NCBI GenBank assembly: GCA_016218255.1
Contig: JACREN010000007.1
Location: forward strand, 1 to 62,971
Direction of reading: 5' to 3'
DNA from: Candidatus Gottesmanbacteria bacterium
GTDB taxonomy: Bacteria > Patescibacteriota > Microgenomatia > UBA10105 > UBA927
Length of the DNA: 62,971 nucleotides
Shown: in pieces, positions 11,579 to 19,493 of the stretch
Position numbering within the stretch: position 1 is the first letter of the stretch
Layout of the letters: the number at the start of each line of letters is the position of its first letter
Position numbers and translations under genes: made by a program
Notes under the pieces: generated by a model
The model's input: the letters and a program-made list of their open reading frames with translations, nothing else
What the model was told of the DNA's origin: nothing
Database searches by the model: none

Positions 11579-12829
11579 TTACGACGGCCTGCGAATCTCG
11601 GATTTTCCCATGAGGCCCTGCAGCACTTTAGGCAGTCGAATGGATCCATCCGACTGCTGATAATTTTCAAGTATTGCAATCAATATCCGCGGTGAGGCAA
11701 GTGCAGTATTGTTCAGTGTATGGCAAAATAAAATCTTTCCGTCCTTCGTCTTATAACGGATTTTAAGCCTTCTGGCCTGAAAATCTCCCATGACAGAATT
11801 ACTCATCGTCTCCCCATACGCATTTCTCCCTGGCATCCAGGTTTCAATATCATATTTTTTTACCTGCGGCTCGCCCATATCCCCGGTACACATGAGAAGC
11901 ACTCGGTATGGCAATTCTAAGTCCTGTAAGATTTCCTCAGCGTTCGCCAATAACTCCTCATGAAGAGTAAAAGAATTGTTCATATCATTCGTTGAGATGA
12001 TAACTTGTTCAACTTTGCTGAATTGGTGCAATCGGTAGACCCCTTTCGTATCTTTTCCATAACTCCCCGCTTCTCTTCTAAAACACGGAGAAAACGCGAC
12101 AAATTTTTTCGGTAAGTCTTTTTCCACAAGCACCTCATCGCTAAAGTATGCGGTGACAGGAACTTCTGCAGTGCCCGCTAGATATAAATCGTCTTTTTCC
12201 AGATGATAGACTTCTTCAGCACCCCACGGAAACTGGCCGTTGCCAAATAAAGTGAATCCCTTTACAAGACTGGGTGCAATAAGCGGGGTATACCCTTTTT
12301 TGATAAGTTTCTGAAACGTATAAAAGAGAACCGCAAACTCCATCTGTGCCGCCTCGTTTTTCAAAAAATACGCCCGAAAGCCACCAACTTTAGTACCACG
12401 GTCAAAATCGATAAGATCCAGTGACTTGGCTAACGCTATATGATCTTGCACCGCATAATCGAATTTCGGCACTTTGCCCCACCTTTTCACTTCCTTATTA
12501 TCCCGTTCATCCTTGCCGATAGGAACACTTTTGTCGGGCACGTTTGGAACCGTCAACATGAGAAGTCCGAATTTTTCCTCTACATCCCTTAGTTCATCTT
12601 CAATGGCCTTCAACTCCTGCTTCAGCTTTCTTCCCGCCGCACGGCCTTCTTCAGACGTTGTTTTTTCTCCACTGTTTCGTTTTGCACGGATAATTTCTGC
12701 CCGGCCGATAAGCGCCCGCCGCTTGTCGTCAAGAGCTAGTAATCCGTCCCAATCCACGTCACGGTTTTTATTCTTCGCCGCTTGTTTGCAAAGTTCTAAA
12801 TTGTCATGGATAAATTTTATGTCTAGCAT
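11579..12829 (-). CDS. serS: Serine--tRNA ligase
   Basis: N-terminal coiled coil, GTAE, FRREAGS and HTLNNT motifs. Confidence 0.98.
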   Translation of the reverse strand: MLDIKFIHDNLELCKQAAKNKNRDVDWDGLLALDDKRRALIGRAEIIRAKRNSGEKTTSEEGRAAGRKLKQELKAIEDELRDVEEKFGLLMLTVPNVPDKSVPIGKDERDNKEVKRWGKVPKFDYAVQDHIALAKSLDLIDFDRGTKVGGFRAYFLKNEAAQMEFAVLFYTFQKLIKKGYTPLIAPSLVKGFTLFGNGQFPWGAEEVYHLEKDDLYLAGTAEVPVTAYFSDEVLVEKDLPKKFVAFSPCFRREAGSYGKDTKGVYRLHQFSKVEQVIISTNDMNNSFTLHEELLANAEEILQDLELPYRVLLMCTGDMGEPQVKKYDIETWMPGRNAYGETMSNSVMGDFQARRLKIRYKTKDGKILFCHTLNNTALASPRILIAILENYQQSDGSIRLPKVLQGLMGKSEIRRPS

Positions 12830-13437
12830 ATATTTGCTTTCAAAATAGGCTTTAAAATTTCCAGAGCCTTCTTTCTGTGATTATACCTGTCTGTCTCATC
12901 AGGGGTCAACTCATTGTGATTATAAAATTTCCCGATTTCAGGAATAAATAGCAAAGACCTGTAGGGAAAACCTGCCACTCTCACCGGTGATGCTTTTTCA
13001 GGGATGATGCCCCGAGTAGCAGCTGTAGCAGTATTAACTGCACCATCAGGCAATGCTAATGCCAGAACAGCCCGCAATTGCGCTCCGCGACGGGCGTGGG
13101 GTAAACCCTTCATTTTTGCGAGTGTGTATGCGATCAGCTCCTCATCCTCATCTTCCCGATCACCATGAATCCACCGGTGGGACTTCACTCCTGGTTCACC
13201 GTTCAGCGCGTCAATTTCCAAACCGCCGTCATCAGCAATCGTCGGCAAACCAGATTTCTTTGCATAATCCGAAGCTTTCAGGATTGCGTTTTCTTCAAAT
13301 GTCGTCCCTGTCTCTTCCACTTTTTCGGCAATACCCAAATCGGCCAGACTCACAAGTTCCAAGGGTATATCGGATAAAAAGCCACGAATTTCTGCAAGTT
13401 TCCCCGGGTTAGTCGTCGCAATCAAGAGTTTATTCAT
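12823..13437 (-). CDS. rdgB: Non-canonical purine NTP pyrophosphatase (RdgB/HAM1)
   Basis: ATTNPGKLAE, TFEENAILKA, ADDGGLEIDAL and HRKKAL motifs. Confidence 0.93.
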   Translation of the reverse strand: MNKLLIATTNPGKLAEIRGFLSDIPLELVSLADLGIAEKVEETGTTFEENAILKASDYAKKSGLPTIADDGGLEIDALNGEPGVKSHRWIHGDREDEDEELIAYTLAKMKGLPHARRGAQLRAVLALALPDGAVNTATAATRGIIPEKASPVRVAGFPYRSLLFIPEIGKFYNHNELTPDETDRYNHRKKALEILKPILKANIC

Positions 13438-15722
13438 GCTACCACACCCTGAAACTCGACCGTTCCTCCGCAGTATTTTGTAATCATAGCAATGGATTCT
13501 TGAAGCGACCGCTCCACCTGTGTAGGCGTAATACCATACACGCCATCAACATTGATCCAGATATTTTTTGTATTTTCAGTGACCATCGTGCGCTGGGCAT
13601 CGCGATAATTAAAATCTATGTTGTACCCGCCGTTCTGGTCATAATACGCCAGTTCTTTTGCGGTATATTTGGTGGGCTCTTTGTCTCCGAGCAATAAAAT
13701 TTCATCACCTTCTCCTGCATACCGAAGCACAGTCGGAAACTTCACGTTATCATAATCAAATGCTCCAACCGACACGCGATACTTCATCACGACCAGATTA
13801 TACGCATCGACACATGTATTGACGGTGTATAACCCTTTTCCGAGCGCGATTCTCCGCAAAAGTGCTTCAGGCGATGGCCGACGAGAATGCCAGTCTATGC
13901 CCATCACTCTGTATAATTTTCGGTAACTTATAAGCTCAGAATATGTTCCCAGTATTTCCGTTGTAACCCCTTGCAATGAAGACAAAAATTCATGTTTCTC
14001 TTTTTCCAAATCCGGGTGAGTTTTTGTGATATGCGCTCCTCGGATAAGAGCGATGCCAATAGACACCTCTGGAAATGCCTTTTTAACCGCCTCGTCAATT
14101 GAAAATAATTCCGACTTTTGTATCACCTGGACTTTTGAGATAGATAACTGATCAATTACCCCAGAAGCAACCTCTTCCAATCTTTTTGTCACATCATCTT
14201 TCGCGTACTGAAGCAAAAACCACGCAGCTTTCGGTCCGTGTGTCTTCCCTGTCAGCGCAAGATAGACGCCAGCAAACGCCTCTTTAGAATCTAAAGATAA
14301 CTTTTTTGCGGCTGCATATAAAGCAATCTGTAGCGCATCTGCATCGTGAGCCTGATGTAATAATTTAACAACTTCATAAAGATATTCTTTTTGTTTTTCC
14401 GTAAGCAATTTTGCTGTATCGGGCACTGATGGACTCATCTGCATACGGTACGCTTGGGGAGCATACCGCTCAATCCATACCCGTGCATATTTTTCACGCT
14501 CTTTCAATATTTCGGTTTCCTGCACATTAAGTGATGACCCTTTCATCTCCTCAAATTTTTTCTCCACGTGGATATTTGCCAGTTGCATATAATTGGCTAC
14601 ATCGCGGAAACGCGGTAAAAATAGTTGCTGTTTAGGTGGAATTTCTCCCACCTGTGATAATACAAATGCACGACTGAAGTCTTCGTCTAAACCAGTATTG
14701 TAAGCCTGCCAACATCGGTCAAACTCATCAAACAAATCGGGTATAGCCATAGAATCAACCGGATCAAATTCTATAGCCTGACGGTAATCCGTGCGCGTAA
14801 ATAAAAATCTCCCTACCGAGGGAGGAAGCACACCCGTCAGATCCCGTGCTTTCAAACCTAACCCTTTGGACGAAGACATTTTTTTGCCACCGATCAGAAA
14901 AAATTCATACGGAAGATTATATGGATCGGAAATCCCAAACACTTCTTTGCATAATTCTTTGGCAATATCTCGTGATCCACCTGCCGATGAATGATCCTTA
15001 CCTGCTCCTTCAATTGTTACCCCCATCACGCTCCAGTGCGCCGGCCAATCCACTTTCCATGGAAGCTTTCCATTTCCGTCAAATGGACTTATTCTTCCTG
15101 TGTAGCCACATCCTCTCGCCCACGCTACCATATCCGGCTCGCAGGTATAGGCGACCATCTTTCCGTCCCAATGGTGTACCCGCGTCGTACCCAGCTTCCC
15201 ACATTTCTCGCAAATTACCTGGATCGGCAACCAACCCTTTTCTCTTTTTTTACTCCCGCTCACCCGCTGATAAATATCCTGAATAACTTCAGCATGATCA
15301 AGTGCAATACGGATAACCTCATTAAATTTTCCATCGTGATACATATCCCATGAGGAACGAAAATCTGCACGGACGCCCAATGTTATCAAAACTTTTTTGA
15401 AATCCGAAGCAAAATATTCAGCAAAACTACTGTGCCCGGACTCCGGTGAACGCGCAATCCGCAAAGGCTTACCCAATTCGCTCGACATATGCGAAAGTTC
15501 GGGAGGCAATCCGTCCACCGGATCAAAATCATTAAACACATAGGTAAATGCCGTATCTTTTTCTGCATCACGGAGCGCCCGGTATACGATATCGTGAACC
15601 AACGGCCCGCGCAGAGACCCAATGTGCGCATAACCGGACGGGGTAAACATGTCATCTACCCAATACGGAACAAATCCGCCGGAATCGATTATTTCTTTCG
15701 CAATCTTATCTGCCCAAAACAT
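13434..15722 (-). CDS. lysS: Class I lysine--tRNA ligase fused to a C-terminal B3/4 domain
   Basis: TPSGYAHIGSLR, KMSSS, KVDWPAHW and CEKC mark class I LysRS; the final ~220 aa (13434-14104) carry B3/4 motifs RPSPEALLRR and VNTCVDAYN. Confidence 0.93.
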   Translation of the reverse strand: MFWADKIAKEIIDSGGFVPYWVDDMFTPSGYAHIGSLRGPLVHDIVYRALRDAEKDTAFTYVFNDFDPVDGLPPELSHMSSELGKPLRIARSPESGHSSFAEYFASDFKKVLITLGVRADFRSSWDMYHDGKFNEVIRIALDHAEVIQDIYQRVSGSKKREKGWLPIQVICEKCGKLGTTRVHHWDGKMVAYTCEPDMVAWARGCGYTGRISPFDGNGKLPWKVDWPAHWSVMGVTIEGAGKDHSSAGGSRDIAKELCKEVFGISDPYNLPYEFFLIGGKKMSSSKGLGLKARDLTGVLPPSVGRFLFTRTDYRQAIEFDPVDSMAIPDLFDEFDRCWQAYNTGLDEDFSRAFVLSQVGEIPPKQQLFLPRFRDVANYMQLANIHVEKKFEEMKGSSLNVQETEILKEREKYARVWIERYAPQAYRMQMSPSVPDTAKLLTEKQKEYLYEVVKLLHQAHDADALQIALYAAAKKLSLDSKEAFAGVYLALTGKTHGPKAAWFLLQYAKDDVTKRLEEVASGVIDQLSISKVQVIQKSELFSIDEAVKKAFPEVSIGIALIRGAHITKTHPDLEKEKHEFLSSLQGVTTEILGTYSELISYRKLYRVMGIDWHSRRPSPEALLRRIALGKGLYTVNTCVDAYNLVVMKYRVSVGAFDYDNVKFPTVLRYAGEGDEILLLGDKEPTKYTAKELAYYDQNGGYNIDFNYRDAQRTMVTENTKNIWINVDGVYGITPTQVERSLQESIAMITKYCGGTVEFQGVVA

Positions 15723-15743
15723 AGTTTTCCTTATTGTACACCA

Positions 15744-15769
15744 TCAAAAACCCGCCTGTGTGGCGGGTT
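15744..15769 (-). terminator. Intrinsic terminator of greA
   Basis: AACCCGCC/GGCGGGTT stem with 5-nt loop, followed by a T run on the minus strand. Confidence 0.85.
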
Positions 15770-15787
15770 ATTTAGAAAATGTAAATA

Positions 15788-16273
15788 TTATTCTATTCCC
15801 AAAATCTTATAGTGGAGTTTTCCCGCCGGAGCCTCCACCTCCACCGAATCACCCTGTTTTTTACCCATAAGAGCTTTTCCAAGAGGTGATTCGTGTGATA
15901 TCTTTTTTTGCATGGGATCTGCTTCCCATTCTCCTACCACAGTAAATACATCTTTCTTCCCGTTTATATGAAGGGTCACTTTGCAACCGACATCCACCTG
16001 TTTTTTCCCATGGGTGGTGACCACTTTCGCACCGTGTATAATCTCTTCCAATTCAGCAATTCTTCCGTCTATAAACGCCAAATCCTGTTTAGCAGCCGCG
16101 TATTCGCTGTTTTCTGAAAGATCACCCAGATCCCGAGCATCAGAAAGCCTAGCCACTGCCTCGGGCCGTTTCTTCTTTGTGAGCTCTTCATGCTCAATCC
16201 GAAGTTCGTCCAATCCCTCCTTAGTCAAAAGGATTCGATGATTCATATCCAGCGCTGTCGTCTGAGTATTCAT
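15788..16273 (-). CDS. greA: Transcription elongation factor GreA
   Basis: LLTKEG, GDLSENSEY and ISHESPLGKALMG motifs. Confidence 0.97.
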   Translation of the reverse strand: MNTQTTALDMNHRILLTKEGLDELRIEHEELTKKKRPEAVARLSDARDLGDLSENSEYAAAKQDLAFIDGRIAELEEIIHGAKVVTTHGKKQVDVGCKVTLHINGKKDVFTVVGEWEADPMQKKISHESPLGKALMGKKQGDSVEVEAPAGKLHYKILGIE

Positions 16274-16278
16274 AAGAT

Positions 16279-16315
16279 AAAAAAAATCCCCCTAGGCACT
16301 GCTATAGGCTTGGGA
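16279..16315 (-). terminator. Terminator-like hairpin with U8 inside the greA 5' leader
   Basis: TCCC-aag-CCTA...TAGG-GGGA followed by 8 T on the minus strand, between the promoter and the ATG. Confidence 0.6.
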
Positions 16316-16344
16316 GCAAATAATAATAAGACCAACAGTGTTGT

Positions 16345-16390
16345 AGTCTATCGAAATTGTCTTGTCGTGTCAAGTGGAAACTGATAGAAT
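16345..16390. promoter_or_regulatory. Overlapping divergent sigma70 promoters for greA and tRNA-Glu
   Basis: Minus: TTGACA(16373-16368)-17-TAGACT(16350-16345). Plus: TTGTCG(16362-16367)-17-TAGAAT(16385-16390) with extended TG. Confidence 0.75.
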
Positions 16391-16404
16391 AAACAGGCCA
16401 TATT

Positions 16405-16479
16405 GGCGCGTTCGTCTATCGGTTAGGACGTTAGATTCTCAATCTAGCAAGAGGGGTCCGACTCCCCTACGCGCTACCA
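16405..16479 (+). tRNA. tRNA-Glu (anticodon CTC)
   Basis: Acceptor GGCGCGT/ACGCGCT, D-arm TTCGTCTATCGGTTAGGAC, anticodon loop TTCTCAA, T-stem AGGGG/CCCCT, encoded CCA; 75 nt. Confidence 0.95.
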
Positions 16480-16806
16480 GATTCCCTGAAGCTGGGTGCT
16501 TATCTCACTATTAACGGAATTTACCACACGCACCGCGAATTGAGTGACGATGATTATCGTAATCACCGAAAGAGACATGGCGATTATACCGGCTATTTTA
16601 GTTTTTTGACCATCCTCCTGCAGATAACGAAGGCCCCATACAATTCCCATCGGCGCCAAAAATACACTCCCTATATAAAGTTTCATCTGATCACCGGTTG
16701 TCACCCCAAGCGGCAAAACCCGTAGTTTTTTTCCGCAGTTGAAACAAAAATAATCGGCAGGGCGTACGGTTACGCGACACACTGGACACCCAATAATTTG
16801 ATCCAT
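16474..16806 (-). CDS. Zinc-ribbon membrane protein
   Basis: CPVC...CFNC followed by two hydrophobic segments; start MDQII at 16806; the stop overlaps the tRNA 3' end. Confidence 0.75.
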   Translation of the reverse strand: MDQIIGCPVCRVTVRPADYFCFNCGKKLRVLPLGVTTGDQMKLYIGSVFLAPMGIVWGLRYLQEDGQKTKIAGIIAMSLSVITIIIVTQFAVRVVNSVNSEISTQLQGIW

Positions 16807-16863
16807 TGAGAAAATCTTAAAAGATATTAGAAGATATAGCAAGAAAAATACCACCCGAAAGCT

Positions 16864-18537
16864 CTACCAGCTTCCGCCCCCGCCACCTCCACCCCCGCTA
16901 CCAGAAGATCCTCCGGAAAAGCCAGAGGAGAAACCCCTTGAAGACTTCGACACAACCGAAGCGGCAAAAGATGTATTAGCAGCTCTCTTAATACTATGGA
17001 CGAACAGCGCGCTGTTAAACCTTTCTCCGGTTGACGATACATACCAGTCCGGTTGCTTAAGCGCTATACCCTTAAACCGGCCTGCCCATATTTCCTCTAC
17101 CCCAAACGCCACAGCGTACGGTAAAAGCTTTTCAAACATCATCTGATTTTTCGCCTGAAAGGCTAGATGCCGATCCTGGCTCAGGAGAAAATTTCTTAGC
17201 GATTTTCCTATAGCCGACTGCTCAGCTCCAAAGAGCGTTTTTTTCGGCATATTTCTGCCAAAAATAAGCGCCACGAGCGCAAGCATAAGATTTCCAGTCA
17301 CAAACGCAAATCCCGAAAGGACATTATAGAGCATTCGGATTTTTTGGGGGTTATTTGGAAAAAATCCTTCGGAAACCAAAGCCTCGTATAGCTGAACTTT
17401 AGCCGCTTCAAATGCACTGTGAAGATCCAGACTCTTCATGCTCACGAGGTCATTATTTTTAAATACCGAACTCAATAATCCAGCTTCAAATGGTTGGATG
17501 ACTTTGTCTTTTCTCCAATCTCTTTGCTTTTCAAAATCAAATTCACCATTTTTCGTTTCGATAATCTTCATATACCCTCGGCGTGCTAAGTCCACCAGTG
17601 TGGCATAAACATCCCGCATGTCAGCAGACTCATCGACAAGCGTGCCCGTTTCTGCTGGTGTTAGCTCTCGCAATCTCTTAGTCTTCGGCGGACCGTACCA
17701 TGCGCGCGCCTCTCCTATTGCAGGCTTGGGATCGCGCCCGGTCGTCCACCATTTACGGATCACCAGAACCGGAGCAGCAACGTACCACAGAAGTGCAACA
17801 ATACCGAAAATTATAAGAGTAATTTTCCCCATCAGTGTCGAGAAAAACGGCACAACCTCTTTGGGCTCAAGAACTGACGCTATCCCTTTTGGAATTCCTA
17901 TGACTACCGTAGCGCCTTCATGGGAAGCAAGCGGTCGCGACACCTTCACTGTGACGGAATTATCCATAAACGAAATTTCACAATCTTTTCCCATTGCTCC
18001 TGCCAAACCTACAAAACACGTCGCGCTGAAAACCGAACGAGTGATGGACTGCGGCACCGTCACGGTAATACCTGATTCTGCTATCGGCACGTCCCACTGG
18101 TTCCCTACAAAATTCCAATTCAGTTCATCATGCCCAGGAAAATATGTCAGCGCACCCAACAAAGTGTAGGTGAGTACATACTCATGCAGACCGGATAACG
18201 TTTTATCTGCATCTCCAATTTTCAGCACTTCAATATTTCCATTCCCAGTCCTCTGGTAGGTATATGACTGCCCCAAATCATCCTCAACCGATATATCTGA
18301 AATCGTCATGGCAAACCGCTTACCATTTGTATTCATTTTTGTGACCGGAATATTCCGGTAAATTCCATGCTTTTCTGTTAGGAAAAAATAGCCAATTCGC
18401 TCAGTGACTCTGATTGATCCGTCCGAACGAATGGCAACCGCAACATCGTAGTTCTGGATATGTTCTTCTTCCTGGGCAGCAACAGTACCGGAAAAAAGAA
18501 GAAAAATATATACCAATATAATATAAACTCTATTCAT
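16864..18537 (-). CDS. DUF2207-type membrane protein
   Basis: Signal peptide, HGIYRNIP, ELNWN, LLPYAVAFGV and Gly/Ser-rich GGGGGGSW tail. Confidence 0.9.
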   Translation of the reverse strand: MNRVYIILVYIFLLFSGTVAAQEEEHIQNYDVAVAIRSDGSIRVTERIGYFFLTEKHGIYRNIPVTKMNTNGKRFAMTISDISVEDDLGQSYTYQRTGNGNIEVLKIGDADKTLSGLHEYVLTYTLLGALTYFPGHDELNWNFVGNQWDVPIAESGITVTVPQSITRSVFSATCFVGLAGAMGKDCEISFMDNSVTVKVSRPLASHEGATVVIGIPKGIASVLEPKEVVPFFSTLMGKITLIIFGIVALLWYVAAPVLVIRKWWTTGRDPKPAIGEARAWYGPPKTKRLRELTPAETGTLVDESADMRDVYATLVDLARRGYMKIIETKNGEFDFEKQRDWRKDKVIQPFEAGLLSSVFKNNDLVSMKSLDLHSAFEAAKVQLYEALVSEGFFPNNPQKIRMLYNVLSGFAFVTGNLMLALVALIFGRNMPKKTLFGAEQSAIGKSLRNFLLSQDRHLAFQAKNQMMFEKLLPYAVAFGVEEIWAGRFKGIALKQPDWYVSSTGERFNSALFVHSIKRAANTSFAASVVSKSSRGFSSGFSGGSSGSGGGGGGGGSW

Positions 18538-18599
18538 TCTATGGGTATATTTCGATTATACCATCACTTAATAACCGTGTTATATAATGTTCAGATACC

Positions 18600-19493
18600 A
18601 TGAAGACAAGAATCGGAATCATTCTGACTGTATTGATGACGGCATCAATACTTTATTTCTATCAAAAAGGACAAACAACAATTCTTTCTCCTGTACCTGA
18701 TATTTCACCGGAGTCCCCATTAACAAAAATATTTTCGCGTAAAAAAAACCCCGATGAGCTTCAAAAAAAAATACAAGCGCTCGTCGGCAATACCTGGAAA
18801 AACTATTCCGTATACGTCAAAGATTACACAACTGAATTCACAATGGGTATAAATGAATCCGTCATTTTTACTGCCGCTTCCGTAAACAAAATACCAATTC
18901 TCGCAAGCCTTTATCTCGGCGTACAAAAAAAACAGATTGATCTAGATGCACTAGTCACGCTTCAGGCGATGGATATTCAGAATTACGGAACCGGAACTAT
19001 CCGCTATGACCCTCCCGGAACTACGTATTCTATAAAGACGCTGGCACGACTAATGATGCAAAAAAGCGATAACACGGCGGCATTTTTGTTAGCAAACTAT
19101 GTAATCGGAATGGATTCCATACAATCCCAACTTGACACCTGGGGACTAACACAAACCGATATGACTAATAATAAAACATCGAACAAAGATATGGAACGGG
19201 TGCTTGTTAGAATATATACCGGTCGCATTGCCAATGCTGCATTTACCCAAGAAATGCTCGCTTTTATGAAAGACTCTGATTTTGAAGACCGAATCCCGCT
19301 GCTTCTTCCTCAGGACACGACTGTGTATCACAAAACAGGAAACGGAGACGGAGTCATTCATGACGTCGGGATCATTGAGCTAACAGGGAAAAAATATTAT
19401 TTGGGAATTCTAACTAGCGATGTGACCGATGAAGATCAAACAAAAAAGCTTATCGGGTCCATTTCTAAAACCGTTTATGATTTTTTGAAGTGA
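18600..19493 (+). CDS. Class A beta-lactamase-like serine hydrolase, membrane anchored
   Basis: SxxK (ASVNK), SDN and KTG motifs; N-terminal TM. Confidence 0.88.
   Translation: MKTRIGIILTVLMTASILYFYQKGQTTILSPVPDISPESPLTKIFSRKKNPDELQKKIQALVGNTWKNYSVYVKDYTTEFTMGINESVIFTAASVNKIPILASLYLGVQKKQIDLDALVTLQAMDIQNYGTGTIRYDPPGTTYSIKTLARLMMQKSDNTAAFLLANYVIGMDSIQSQLDTWGLTQTDMTNNKTSNKDMERVLVRIYTGRIANAAFTQEMLAFMKDSDFEDRIPLLLPQDTTVYHKTGNGDGVIHDVGIIELTGKKYYLGILTSDVTDEDQTKKLIGSISKTVYDFLK

Noticed and set aside
16405-16854. tRNA as an integration site (att) for a mobile element
   Set aside because: No integrase, and I saw no duplicated tRNA 3' end in the window.
16864-16940. Gly/Ser-rich low-complexity tail as a novel repeat
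   Set aside because: A normal C-terminal feature of DUF2207-type proteins.
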